A stretch of DNA of 64,000 nucleotides from a virus, in IMG/VR virus record IMGVR_UViG_3300008262_000008; one strand, given 5' to 3'. Positions within the stretch are counted from its first letter, which is position 1, and each line of letters starts with the position of its first letter. The position numbers and the translations under genes were made by a program. Below, in pieces: positions 37,004 through 47,265 of the stretch. The notes beneath the pieces are model-generated. The model did not search any database. It saw nothing but the letters and a program-made list of their open reading frames with translations, and was not told the DNA's origin.

Positions 37004-37075
37004 TGGGCGATGAGGGATTCGAACCCCCGACCAATTGCGTGTAAAGCAACTGCGCTACCGCTGCGCTAATCGCCC
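37004..37075 (-). tRNA. trnV: tRNA-Val(UAC)
   Basis: GGGCGATTAGCGCAGCGGTAGCGC...TTTACAC...GTTCGAAT. Confidence 0.95.
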
Positions 37076-37087
37076 GATTTGAAATTA

Positions 37088-37116
37088 ATAGTAGCACGAT
37101 ACTACTATTCTGTCAA
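37088..37116 (-). promoter_or_regulatory. sigma70 promoter for tRNA-Val/Ile
   Basis: TTGACA-N17-TACTAT. Confidence 0.8.
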
Positions 37117-37125
37117 CCCCCCCTA

Positions 37126-37338
37126 CTAATCTTCGTAAACTCTACATTCAAGAGCGTCTGGATTGCTGTCACAGAACAATTCCAATGGTGTTGGGTCATG
37201 ATCTTCACCAGGATGATTTTCTTTATATGCTTCTAATGCAGAAAGTTCTTCTTGAGTGTGTCTACGAGCCTGTGGAGATGTCTGCGGATCATCAAGAATT
37301 TTTTTATCCTGATCAATATGCTGTTGGATGTTTTCCAT
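37126..37338 (-). CDS. cp12: CP12 Calvin-cycle inhibitor
   Basis: C-terminal PTPLELFCDSNPDALECRVYED. Confidence 0.93.
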   Translation of the reverse strand: MENIQQHIDQDKKILDDPQTSPQARRHTQEELSALEAYKENHPGEDHDPTPLELFCDSNPDALECRVYED

Positions 37339-37350
37339 GTTACCTCTTTG

Positions 37351-38688
37351 TCATTTTTTAATGCTATCTTTTAATAAGTATAGTTCTGTTGTTGAAGTAT
37401 TTACCGAATAACGATGGCGTACAGAAGCAATCAGATATAAACCACTATACATTAAATCTGGTTCAATTCTACCCGATCCTTTTGCAACCATACTAGGTAT
37501 ATTTATTCTAATTCCACTTCCTGCATATAAACTAGTATTTCCTGGGACAACTATACTTAATTTAATTGCTTCCATACTATTTTTTCTCAAATATGTATAT
37601 GCTGCTCTAGAAACATCTGACTGCAAGGCATTTCCATAGTTAGGATTATTTTCTCCAGAAAAAACATTCTGGGGTAAAACTTTAAACCTAGTTCTTTTAC
37701 TCTTAGTTAAAAGTTGTTTTGTTGCTGGATCATTAATATTAATAGGTATAGATCCATTATCCAAATGTTCCATTTTAGGAAACATATCAATAATATTATA
37801 TCTTTGATTTGCTACATTAATTTGCTTATTAACTGTTGTAAGATTAGACTTATTCATAAACACTGGATTAATACCAGCAACAAATCCAGACCAAGTACCA
37901 TTTCTAACATTTTGTAGACTATTAAACATATCAGGAAAAGTTACAGAAATGATAGAATATTCATCCTTATCCTTTGCTTTCACTGAAATATTTTTTGGTG
38001 AATAACTATATGAAGGATTTTCAGAACTTTTATTAATATCTGAGATCATTTTATCGATTGATGTGAAATGATATCCACTTATACTCTGATAAAAAATAAA
38101 TCCTGATTGATACATTGATCCTTTTTCAACAGATCTAATTGATTTATCCGCAATAAAATTAATTGCATCATATGGTCTCCAGTTTGGTATTACAAAATTC
38201 TTAGGATCTTTTGTTGTTTCAACTTTAATCATAGACTTTTTAAGTCCAAGATATTTGCTGCTAGTCAATATTTCATCAACATAATCAGAACATTTCTTAT
38301 CGGAAAATGCACCAAAAACATTGATAGTTTCATTCTTCAAAAATGTTGGATCAATTAACTGAACAACATATAATTCAGTCTTTTCACTTCTAATTCTAGA
38401 AGAAATAGCATAGGTTTGAAGTTGATATGTATGGATAACTCCCTTCCCAGTTTTAAATTTAAATACCCATACTTCATTACCCATGAGATTTCTATAAAAA
38501 TCTGCAGAATCGTTAATTGTAACTGTACCACGAATTGCAGGAAAATCTATACTTTCTTCTATAACAAGCTCTGAAACCAAAGAAAATAAATTACTACCAG
38601 TACTAACTGAGTTTTTAAAAACTTTTGGTTGACTAGTTTGCGTATCAAGTATATAAACTTGTTCTAATTTTGGAGTTCCTACTTGCAT
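37351..38688 (-). CDS. baseplate hub protein (gp27-like)
   Basis: ELVIEESIDFPAIRGTVTINDS...; GN..L.AG..I.I...SGLYLIASVRH; position in the hub cluster. Confidence 0.6.
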   Translation of the reverse strand: MQVGTPKLEQVYILDTQTSQPKVFKNSVSTGSNLFSLVSELVIEESIDFPAIRGTVTINDSADFYRNLMGNEVWVFKFKTGKGVIHTYQLQTYAISSRIRSEKTELYVVQLIDPTFLKNETINVFGAFSDKKCSDYVDEILTSSKYLGLKKSMIKVETTKDPKNFVIPNWRPYDAINFIADKSIRSVEKGSMYQSGFIFYQSISGYHFTSIDKMISDINKSSENPSYSYSPKNISVKAKDKDEYSIISVTFPDMFNSLQNVRNGTWSGFVAGINPVFMNKSNLTTVNKQINVANQRYNIIDMFPKMEHLDNGSIPININDPATKQLLTKSKRTRFKVLPQNVFSGENNPNYGNALQSDVSRAAYTYLRKNSMEAIKLSIVVPGNTSLYAGSGIRINIPSMVAKGSGRIEPDLMYSGLYLIASVRHRYSVNTSTTELYLLKDSIKK

Positions 38689-38694
38689 ATTATT

Positions 38695-41556
38695 TTACCA
38701 ATTAACTTGAAATAAAGAAAGTGTTGGGGCATAATTGAATATATCACTTGCTTTTGCTACTTCTGCTGTGGGAGGGATTGCAGCTGCAGGAGCAGAAGCT
38801 TGCGATACTGCAGATTTACCAACAACAGGTACTGGATTTAATTTTGCTCTATCAGTTCGAGCTTTATCTTTAGCATCACGTTTTGCCTTATCTCTATTAT
38901 CAGTAGCAGCAGTTGGAGTTGTTGGAGCAACTGGTGCTTTCATTCCATATGTATCAAATACTGCGGATTGTCCTTGACGGATCATATTTAATGCCGCTTC
39001 CAACGACATTTCTTCATCTTGTCCACCCTCACCATCTCCACCAATAATTCCAGATCCACCTAATCTAATTCCAGCAGCAAAATTAAATATTCCACCTTTC
39101 TTTGGAGCACCGCCACTAGTAGATTGATGATAAATTTGTCCATCTCCAGAAGCAATTGAAACATGGGTAATTGCTCCTGCTGGATAATTTCCATAAGTAT
39201 TTTTGTGTAATACAATATCACCACCTTCTAGAGAACTTTGACTTTTAACGACTGTGCCCATATCAGATCCAGCAAAAGATGCTGCCATATTTCTACCCCA
39301 AGTTTTCTTTTCTGGATCCAAATCTCCTGTTGAAGTTACTTTATCTGCTGCTGGATGACCTGCCATACCAAGAACCATTCTTACCCAAGATGCACATGGA
39401 GGAGTTGCTGGTCCTTGTTTTCCTTCAGAAACTGCTTTTTTAGCAGCAGAAACAATTCCACCATCTGCTCTTCCTGGAGCAGTATTTTTAACTATACTAC
39501 CTTTGTGAGTAATTCTATCATTATCTGGAAGACGAGCTCCTAATCGTTTTGCTTGTGAATATCTTTTTGAAGTTAAGGATGGATCTTTACGAGTTGCAGG
39601 AGTATCATATGGTATAACAAAAGCATTTCCTGTTGATCCACCTTTTGCAAATCCTCCTACCCATTCTTTTCCATGACCAATGAATGAAACAGAATTACCA
39701 CCATCTAATGATACTGGGTATCCTGTCATAGGTCCAGTAATCCATCCGCCAACAGATCTATTAGGTTTATCTGTTCCAGTTGAAGATCCTGTATTTGCTT
39801 TTAATTTTGCTGCTGTTAATTCATTATATTTGTCTGCATCTGCTTGATCTGCTGCACTAAGGGTAAATAAATCTGTTCTTCCCATACCGAAGAACCCTTG
39901 AGTTTGCCCATCTTGTTTAGCACGATAAAATCTTCCCTGTTTGTCTCTAAAGAATTGATTATTTGTTCCACCAACATAAGTATAACCTTTATTTTCTAGA
40001 TCTTGTGTTGTTCCTTTTAATGCCTGAACTTTACTATCACCTGCTTTGAAGTTTTTAATTTGAGTACTTCCAGCTTTTGGTGCCGCTGGTTTGGGAGTTG
40101 GAGTAGGAGTAGGAGTTGTAGATGAACTACTACTACCTTTGCCATTAATAAACATCAATGCTGCAAGAATATCACTCAATAATCCTAAGACTGTAGTATC
40201 TCCACTAGGTTTAAATTGTCCTGTTGCTTTTCCTTTTCCCTTGGATCCTTTTCCCTTTCCAAATAAACTTGCAAGATTATCTCCAAATCCTTTCCCACCA
40301 AATATTTTTCCTCCTTTAGCTGCAATCGTCTTCACAAGTGCCGCAGGTAAACCAAAATATCCTGCAATTGGACCCATCAAAGAAGTTATCATCGGTAAAA
40401 GCATTACCCCAAATGGACCCATCATAGACAATGATCCTGCCATGGCAGCAAGTAATCCAGCACCTACAACTTTAAAAGGTAAAAACATTGCTTTACTGAC
40501 CTTATTGGTCATATCAGCTGCAGAAGTTGCTTTAGATGCAGTTTTTCCTGCTACTGGAGAAGATGTAGGGCCACCCTTACCCTTCATTACTGAAGGTAAA
40601 GAACTCAATGGTTTCATTGGAGATCCTTGCTGCTTAATTCCTCCTTCAGCAGCGCCTTCCAACATGGGGCTAGCAGGTACATCACCTACGCCACCTACAC
40701 CTGGAACAGGCAAAGATTTGCCTTGTTGTGCTCTTGCAGCATTTTCAGTTTGCACTTTAGCAGCATCTTGCTGCCCTGTAACTTTATTTGCAAGATATGC
40801 TGTTGCTCCAACCGCTGCAACACCAAGTACTACAGGATTTCTAAGAACATTTAATCCCGCACGAGCAATTAATCTAGCTTTAGCACTTGTCAATCCTTTC
40901 CACAAAGTAGTTAGAACAAACTTAAAATCCTTAACTAAATTCAGAGGATTTTTTAACCATCTAACTCCAAGGAATAATGTTGCTAATCCAGCAATGAATT
41001 GACCAAAACCAACTAATTTTTCAATCCAATTTCCATTGCCAAACATTTTTGATAGTCCATCAAGAGTATTGAATACTCCTGACTTTGCCCAGTTCCATAA
41101 AAAACCTAATATTTTACCTATTCCTTCTACAAGTTTAACTATCTTTTCTCTATTTGAAGGATTTGCCAACCAATTTAATACATTTTTTATAACAAATGCA
41201 CGAAGAAAGAATGTAGCAAGATTAGCAATTCCTCGAAAAAAATTAGGAGTTGATTCTGAAAAGAAATTCTTTACTGCACTCGCTGCACCTTTTTTACCTG
41301 TCCCTTCTTGTTTTGCTTCAGATGCAGCATCTCTAGATTTTCCTAATCTTCTTTCATCTCTTTGCTGTTGTTTAATTCTATCCTGAGTTTGTTTTAAAAC
41401 TGCCTCATATAATTGTTTTGTAATAATAACTGAAGAATTTAACGTCGCTCCAATATTATTAAAAGCTTTTACTAAGGATGTGCCACTTTGCAATTTCTTT
41501 CCTGCCGAAGGAACAGAAACAAATTTATATAGATTTAATTTTGGTTGCCCTGCCAT
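38695..41556 (-). CDS. tape-measure/hub-like protein with C-terminal CHAP/NlpC-like peptidase
   Basis: Helical N-half; PCASWV...GDIVL...ITHVSI; paralogue of 41561-44539. Confidence 0.6.
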   Translation of the reverse strand: MAGQPKLNLYKFVSVPSAGKKLQSGTSLVKAFNNIGATLNSSVIITKQLYEAVLKQTQDRIKQQQRDERRLGKSRDAASEAKQEGTGKKGAASAVKNFFSESTPNFFRGIANLATFFLRAFVIKNVLNWLANPSNREKIVKLVEGIGKILGFLWNWAKSGVFNTLDGLSKMFGNGNWIEKLVGFGQFIAGLATLFLGVRWLKNPLNLVKDFKFVLTTLWKGLTSAKARLIARAGLNVLRNPVVLGVAAVGATAYLANKVTGQQDAAKVQTENAARAQQGKSLPVPGVGGVGDVPASPMLEGAAEGGIKQQGSPMKPLSSLPSVMKGKGGPTSSPVAGKTASKATSAADMTNKVSKAMFLPFKVVGAGLLAAMAGSLSMMGPFGVMLLPMITSLMGPIAGYFGLPAALVKTIAAKGGKIFGGKGFGDNLASLFGKGKGSKGKGKATGQFKPSGDTTVLGLLSDILAALMFINGKGSSSSSTTPTPTPTPKPAAPKAGSTQIKNFKAGDSKVQALKGTTQDLENKGYTYVGGTNNQFFRDKQGRFYRAKQDGQTQGFFGMGRTDLFTLSAADQADADKYNELTAAKLKANTGSSTGTDKPNRSVGGWITGPMTGYPVSLDGGNSVSFIGHGKEWVGGFAKGGSTGNAFVIPYDTPATRKDPSLTSKRYSQAKRLGARLPDNDRITHKGSIVKNTAPGRADGGIVSAAKKAVSEGKQGPATPPCASWVRMVLGMAGHPAADKVTSTGDLDPEKKTWGRNMAASFAGSDMGTVVKSQSSLEGGDIVLHKNTYGNYPAGAITHVSIASGDGQIYHQSTSGGAPKKGGIFNFAAGIRLGGSGIIGGDGEGGQDEEMSLEAALNMIRQGQSAVFDTYGMKAPVAPTTPTAATDNRDKAKRDAKDKARTDRAKLNPVPVVGKSAVSQASAPAAAIPPTAEVAKASDIFNYAPTLSLFQVNW

Positions 41557-41560
41557 TTAA

Positions 41561-44539
41561 TTAACCTCTATATAATGGTTTTTTGCGAAGGACAGCGCCA
41601 GGTGCAGCACTCTGACTATTTATTTGCGTTTCTACAGGGAAAGGAACAATAATAGGTACAGGTATGCTATCTTCCATTTGCTGATTAACCATCATGTTAA
41701 CAGATGGAGTACAACTAGATGCTGAATTTTGCTTTGGTACTGACTGCATTTTTGGTGTTACCACCTTGCCGCCTGCTGCCCTGCCCATCAACTTATCTAT
41801 TAGGTTAGTAAAAATACTACCTTTTTGTTTTTGTTGTGGTTTAGCAACCTTTGGTGATCTAAAATATAAAAGATCTTTTGTGTTTGGCCATCCCTTTCTT
41901 GCCTCAGTAGGTGTCATTCTGTTTACAAATGCTCTTTTACCTGTAGAATTATTAGCAATTCTTAGATCTGGCATTACAATACCAATGTGTCCATATGGAT
42001 CCTTTCCACTACCAGCAGGATAACCAGTATCTTTCCAAACTGTAATATCAGCAGGTTTTCTTGCCTTTTCTGGAACTTTAATAAAATTTGATAATAACCA
42101 CTTAGCAATATCAGGAACCCAATTTTTTCTATTTAAATTATCCCAAGGTAATGGAATTCCTGCCGATTTGTAGACATTTACAATAGCAGGAGCACATCCA
42201 TTTGCAGGATCATCTTTATAACTCCATCTTTCTTTCTGCATCTTAGCAGCTGCATTAACTAATGCGTTTTCTCTAGATCCTCCTGCTGCCATTTCTGGGA
42301 GAATTAATCCACCTGCAGCAGCAGTTTGTGTTCCTTGGAACTTTTTAACATTTGCTTGAAATCTTGATAGGAAAGTTTTACTATGTGTATTTGCTTGAGA
42401 TCCCCCAGGAAGAGATGGCCAAGTTCCTCTAAGTTTGGAAGCAGCGTATAAAGGATCTCGATCAGCATCTTTAACTAATTGTGCTTCTCCGCCAGGATAC
42501 ACACTTGCCATCAGCATTCTGGCAATTTTAGTTTGATTTTCCTTATTAAATTTATCTTTATTTGGATCTAATCCTGCAGATTTTGCTCTGCCAATAATAT
42601 ATTCTGGCATCTGTTGCCATTTACCCATAGCACCAGATCCACCCATTGAATATCCTTTTTGCATTGCAGCTCGACGAGCATCTGCAATCGTCATATCACT
42701 GAGACCAGAAACAGTCGTTCCTGGATTTACAGAATCCCAACTACCTTCACCACCTGCAATTGCTTCAAGCATTGCCTTAACAACAGCTGGTGCATCGCCT
42801 GGAACTTCTCCATCACCACCTGATTTACTGCCAGACCCCGAAGATCCAAATCTTTTAGTTGAAAGAGTAACTAATCCATCTAATACTCCCTTCAATAGTC
42901 CTCTCATACTGTTAGTATCACTTGTGCTATCACCAATTATTTTACTAAGTCCACCATCTAATCCTGTAGCTTTGAAATCTTTTGGTCTTCTTCTAGTAAT
43001 TCTACCTCCACTAACACCTGAAGGTTTTTCTTCCCCAAACTCTGCACCTAACGCCCTAAGATCACCACCAATAAAAGGCATAATAAAATTACCAAGTGAT
43101 CCCATCCTATCTAAGGTAAGAGAGGTAGCACCAAGAATTGAAGGAATGGTTGTCATATTAGAAATCATTCCCAATTTACTCATAGGAATGATTACCTCAG
43201 GTTCCCCACCCTCACCAACTAATGTTAACTGTGGACCAGTAACAATACCACCTGCAGCTGCGCCAGGTTGCAATCCTTCTGTAGCATCAGCTGCTTTACC
43301 TTTGTTCTTGGTTAACCAATCGTAGATGCTACCTGCAACCCAATCGCCTGCAATGCCGCCGAGCAACCCTCCTACCCATGTCCCAGGAGGTCCAAGAACA
43401 GTCCCTACAATCGCTCCCAGACCTGTTCCTAGAGTAGATCCAACTGCTTTAGCAGCTGCTTTTCCTAGAGGTTCTCCCATTAAGAGATTAAAAGCAAAAT
43501 CAATAAGTCCACCAACAAAAGGTATTCTTCCTAGTACTCTACCAATTGCCTTTGTTGCTGTTCTACCAAGTAGTTTTCTAGATCCTTTTATTGCAGATGC
43601 TTGTGTATTTCTTACTGCTGTTTTAACAGCACTTTGAGGTTTTGCTTGAGTAACTCTTTTAGCAGCATCTTTACCATATCTCTGCTCAAGTCTTTTTAAT
43701 GTTTCTTCTTTAACAACTTTTCCACTTTTTGTATCTACATAATCACCAGGTTTAACCCTTCTACCTTTAGTATCAACATCCCCAACTCTAGGTTTATTAT
43801 TAGTCGATCCTTGAGGTTTATTTGGTTCATTCGGTTTTTTAGCATCCAGTTTATCTAATATCTTTAAAATATCATCAATCAAACTAAATGGATTTAATAG
43901 GTAACTAGCTGCTTTAAGAGCACCTATGCCTAGCATAAGTTGCCCAATACCTAATAATCCATCCTTAAGACCACCAAAATCTCCTCTTTTAATTTTATCA
44001 ATACCACCAAATACCTTTACAATTCCATCAAAAGTATTCCCAATACCAAAACTTACAACATTAAATACAATCTTAAGAAACTTCCCTAAAGTTTCTATAC
44101 CATTTTTAATCTTATTTAAATTTGCAGGATTTGCTGCCCAATTTAATATATTTTTAATGACAAAAGCTCTAACAAAAAATGCTATTATATTTTGAAATGG
44201 TTTGAAAAATTCTACTATCTTTTCAATCCATGTTTTAGACTTTTTCTGATCCTCTGGCTTTACATCCGTCTTAGCATCTACTTTTCCTAATCCTTCTTGT
44301 TTTGCTTCAGATGCAGCGTCTCTAGCTTTCTGTGCTTCTCTTTCTTTATCTTTATCTAAATCTGAGAGGAATTTATTTTGAAATTCAAAAAGATCACGCA
44401 GTTTCTCAAGGTATTTTCCCTGTGTATGTACAGTCATACCAATTCTATTCACCGCTAATATTGCTGACGGTGAAGTTCCATCCTTTTTAGCAAAGGATGG
44501 ATTTAGAAACTTATATGGCTTTATTTTTGCAGAATTCAT
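41561..44539 (-). CDS. tape-measure/hub-like protein with lysozyme-like and CHAP/NlpC-like domains
   Basis: MLEAIAGGEG...AMGKWQQMP lysozyme-like; GCAPAI...DITVW...GHIGIV. Confidence 0.65.
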   Translation of the reverse strand: MNSAKIKPYKFLNPSFAKKDGTSPSAILAVNRIGMTVHTQGKYLEKLRDLFEFQNKFLSDLDKDKEREAQKARDAASEAKQEGLGKVDAKTDVKPEDQKKSKTWIEKIVEFFKPFQNIIAFFVRAFVIKNILNWAANPANLNKIKNGIETLGKFLKIVFNVVSFGIGNTFDGIVKVFGGIDKIKRGDFGGLKDGLLGIGQLMLGIGALKAASYLLNPFSLIDDILKILDKLDAKKPNEPNKPQGSTNNKPRVGDVDTKGRRVKPGDYVDTKSGKVVKEETLKRLEQRYGKDAAKRVTQAKPQSAVKTAVRNTQASAIKGSRKLLGRTATKAIGRVLGRIPFVGGLIDFAFNLLMGEPLGKAAAKAVGSTLGTGLGAIVGTVLGPPGTWVGGLLGGIAGDWVAGSIYDWLTKNKGKAADATEGLQPGAAAGGIVTGPQLTLVGEGGEPEVIIPMSKLGMISNMTTIPSILGATSLTLDRMGSLGNFIMPFIGGDLRALGAEFGEEKPSGVSGGRITRRRPKDFKATGLDGGLSKIIGDSTSDTNSMRGLLKGVLDGLVTLSTKRFGSSGSGSKSGGDGEVPGDAPAVVKAMLEAIAGGEGSWDSVNPGTTVSGLSDMTIADARRAAMQKGYSMGGSGAMGKWQQMPEYIIGRAKSAGLDPNKDKFNKENQTKIARMLMASVYPGGEAQLVKDADRDPLYAASKLRGTWPSLPGGSQANTHSKTFLSRFQANVKKFQGTQTAAAGGLILPEMAAGGSRENALVNAAAKMQKERWSYKDDPANGCAPAIVNVYKSAGIPLPWDNLNRKNWVPDIAKWLLSNFIKVPEKARKPADITVWKDTGYPAGSGKDPYGHIGIVMPDLRIANNSTGKRAFVNRMTPTEARKGWPNTKDLLYFRSPKVAKPQQKQKGSIFTNLIDKLMGRAAGGKVVTPKMQSVPKQNSASSCTPSVNMMVNQQMEDSIPVPIIVPFPVETQINSQSAAPGAVLRKKPLYRG

Positions 44540-44721
44540 TATCCCTTCGATTGCTGTTCTTTATAACGACGTTCTTCATCTTGCATTAACTTAATTAATA
44601 GGGTCAAGTAAATTTCCTTTTCCCATGGTATTAAGTTCTCAACCTCAGTTAATGACCATTTATGATGATGCATGAGAGCGAAGTTCGTTTGAAACACATT
44701 CGATAGTGATTCATGCATCAT
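44539..44721 (-). CDS. gp51: baseplate hub assembly catalyst gp51
   Basis: NFALMHHHKWSLTEVENLIPWEKEIY. Confidence 0.85.
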   Translation of the reverse strand: MMHESLSNVFQTNFALMHHHKWSLTEVENLIPWEKEIYLTLLIKLMQDEERRYKEQQSKG

Positions 44722-44723
44722 CG

Positions 44724-45440
44724 CTACGCGAAAAAAGCTCCCAACCCCTCAAGAACCATGGATGATTCAACTTCTGTATTTGGATTTACAATTTTAACTT
44801 CATGAGAAAGTTTTGGCATAGTCTCAAAAAAGTTTTGAACTTTTTGAAACTGCTCTGCAGTCATACTTTCCAGAAATTCTAAGAGTTCTTTCTTAGATTG
44901 CTCTTTTGCTTCCCAAACTTCATCTCCAGAAAAAATCTGATAGATTGAACCAGATGCAATTTCAAATACATTATCAATTTCATTTTGATCCGCAAAATTA
45001 TTCTTGATAAAACTATCAAGACTGGGATACTTCATGATAACACCAACATTTTTATCTTCATCTAAGATAATTTTATTTGTATGACCTTTTGGATATTGAA
45101 CTTCAATATCATCAATAGGAATTTCAATGTCAACTGTTGTTTCTTCATCATCTGGACAAGTCACCTGAAGTTTTACAGATTCCCCTACAGATTTTGCACG
45201 AATTTTTAAAAATAAGTATTCAATATCAAATGTAGGAAGGTCTTCAACTTTTGCCTTTAGATTTGTACAATTCTTAATGATAGTCTTAACTGCATTAATC
45301 ATTGACTTTTCATCACCAGTTTCCATGGCAATTAGAAGAATTTTTTCTTCCTTAACTAAAAATGGCCTATAGACAACTTTACTTTTATTTGAAGGTAGCG
45401 TCAGTTCATATTCAGGCGCAACTAATCTAGGTAATGGCAT
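44724..45440 (-). CDS. gp26: baseplate hub subunit gp26
   Basis: MPLP...PEYELTLPS...YRPFLVKEEKILL; FDIEYLFLKIRAKSVGE. Confidence 0.9.
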   Translation of the reverse strand: MPLPRLVAPEYELTLPSNKSKVVYRPFLVKEEKILLIAMETGDEKSMINAVKTIIKNCTNLKAKVEDLPTFDIEYLFLKIRAKSVGESVKLQVTCPDDEETTVDIEIPIDDIEVQYPKGHTNKIILDEDKNVGVIMKYPSLDSFIKNNFADQNEIDNVFEIASGSIYQIFSGDEVWEAKEQSKKELLEFLESMTAEQFQKVQNFFETMPKLSHEVKIVNPNTEVESSMVLEGLGAFFA

Positions 45441-45485
45441 GATATCTCCGTGATATAAAAATCATATAAAATTATTTATGCATGG

Positions 45486-46337
45486 TTATGCAAGATCATT
45501 TCCATATTGTTGGTTATCTGCAAAATCACCCCATGCACCATTAAGGTTATTGAAACCTCCTTGATTTCCCAATAACGCTGTTCCTGTAAGACCTGCAAAC
45601 TGAGCATTTGCTGCTGCTATAGCTTCATTAGTAGCAGTGCTAAATGTTGGTGGTGCTGGAGGAGTAACACCATCGAGATCAAATGCTCCTGCACCAGGTA
45701 TATTTCCTTGCTTATAAAATCTATACCTTTCATAATAAAATGAAACTTCCATATTAATTATATTAGACTGTGCATTACTCAAACTAAAACTACTAATATT
45801 AAATGGAAATACATTATATAATCTCCATACTGCAGTTACTTGATTATATTGTGCGCCTGGTCTTAATCCTGGTTTAGATACTGGTGCGCCGCCACCTCTT
45901 TCCAATTTCCATATATTTACTTCTGGAACAACACAATCAAAATAAGGAGAAACATATTGATTTGCATCATTACTAATATAATTCATCCATCTTTCAAAGA
46001 AAGTCCTAGTTAGCATATTTCTAGGTAACGTGAATTGCATACTAATTTCACTAAAAGTAGTTGATGTTGGATAACGATACATTGATCCAACTGCTTTTTG
46101 TTCCCCTGTTGTTATCTGTCTACTGGGAATACTAACTTCATTTGCATAATAACTTAAATTTCTAGCTAAAGAACCAGTATCATCTAAAGTAAAATCAGAC
46201 GAAATTGGAGCACCGCCAGGAGATAAAACTTTTGGAAGTGTGTTAAATTGAACATGATAAAGACTACTATATGCAGGAGGATTCTTCTGCATATGAGACA
46301 TAAATTCTTGGATACTATTTTCTCCGAAAGTAGGCAT
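45486..46337 (-). CDS. tail-tube-fold protein (gp54-like baseplate tube initiator)
   Basis: EVSIPSRQI...FFERWMNYI...YNVFP.NI...SFYYERY. Confidence 0.7.
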   Translation of the reverse strand: MPTFGENSIQEFMSHMQKNPPAYSSLYHVQFNTLPKVLSPGGAPISSDFTLDDTGSLARNLSYYANEVSIPSRQITTGEQKAVGSMYRYPTSTTFSEISMQFTLPRNMLTRTFFERWMNYISNDANQYVSPYFDCVVPEVNIWKLERGGGAPVSKPGLRPGAQYNQVTAVWRLYNVFPFNISSFSLSNAQSNIINMEVSFYYERYRFYKQGNIPGAGAFDLDGVTPPAPPTFSTATNEAIAAANAQFAGLTGTALLGNQGGFNNLNGAWGDFADNQQYGNDLA

Positions 46338-46802
46338 TTATAAATTCCAGATAGTTTCTTTCTTTGTTGGTCTGATTGTTTTATTCACTGTCTTATAAAA
46401 TTTTTCAATAGGTAAGATAGACACTCCATCAATTTCATTAACTGGAACTTGTCTTATCGAACCTCTAACATGTGCGTACAAATATTTATGCAGACATTTA
46501 GGAGGAACTTGTGAAATAGTACCTTTTAAAATTCCCGATCTAATTTGAGGATTAACATAATGGCAATTTATGCCAAAAAATCCATCTCCTTGCCTTTCCA
46601 ATACTCTAACTAATGGATATTTGTCCCAATATGGTAAAACAAATTGTCCTTTTGGACTATAGGTAAAAAATAAAACATCACCTTCTTCTATATCATTTGG
46701 TGGTTTTAGATACTTTCTAACTTGTGCTCTATACCAGTCTTCAGACTTTGTAAATCCAAATCCTCTGTTGCTTTCTTTAAGAATATCAGAAAGAATTGTC
46801 AT
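46338..46802 (-). CDS. gp2: DNA end protector gp2
   Basis: FFTYSPK...LPYWDKYPLV...FFGINCHY. Confidence 0.8.
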   Translation of the reverse strand: MTILSDILKESNRGFGFTKSEDWYRAQVRKYLKPPNDIEEGDVLFFTYSPKGQFVLPYWDKYPLVRVLERQGDGFFGINCHYVNPQIRSGILKGTISQVPPKCLHKYLYAHVRGSIRQVPVNEIDGVSILPIEKFYKTVNKTIRPTKKETIWNL

Positions 46803-47233
46803 AGTTTAAGCTCTTTTTCTGTAAGGACTATAAATTGCCAATTTTTATCATCACAGAATTTTCTAGCAGCTTCCCATTTTGCTTGATTTTTAACATAATC
46901 ATTTGCTTCTCTAATAAACTGCTTTGTTATTCTTTTCTTCTTCACTGGTGGTCTAGTATATCGATCAGGTTTTATTTCAACAACATAGTGTGTAATTTGT
47001 CCAGAAGTTTGTCTAACTTTCATATAAAAATCAGGGAAATATCTATGCACTCTACCATCTAAAGGTGACCTGTACGGAACGAAAAATTCTTCACTTGCCC
47101 ATTCAACAATACTAGAATTCATATCACAGTATTTCATAAATTTGAGTTCCCAAGAAGAACGGTAAATAATATCACTGACATCTCCCTTGTATTTTGTTGG
47201 ATTTTTGGGATAAAATTTACCCTTATAGATCAT
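46799..47233 (-). CDS. gp4: head completion nuclease gp4
   Basis: YKGKFYPKNPTKYKGD...YRSSWE...HRYFPDF...VEIKP; start trimmed to MIYKG. Confidence 0.9.
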   Translation of the reverse strand: MIYKGKFYPKNPTKYKGDVSDIIYRSSWELKFMKYCDMNSSIVEWASEEFFVPYRSPLDGRVHRYFPDFYMKVRQTSGQITHYVVEIKPDRYTRPPVKKKRITKQFIREANDYVKNQAKWEAARKFCDDKNWQFIVLTEKELKL

Positions 47234-47265
47234 AAATAGTTTCTGGGATATATTTAAATATTTAG
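47232..47265. promoter_or_regulatory. pair of opposed late promoters for gp48 (+) and gp4 (-)
   Basis: ATAAATA at 47232-38 (+) and CTAAATA at 47265-59 (-), each next to the other gene's start codon. Confidence 0.6.

Noticed and set aside
36861-37097. ORF 36861..37097 (and 56276..56545)
   Set aside because: They overlap clear tRNA cloverleaves.
33231-44195. Plus-strand ORFs inside gp5 and the tape-measure-like genes (for example 33231..33656 and 40091..41002)
   Set aside because: Pro-rich antisense translations of Gly/Ala-rich coding sequence.
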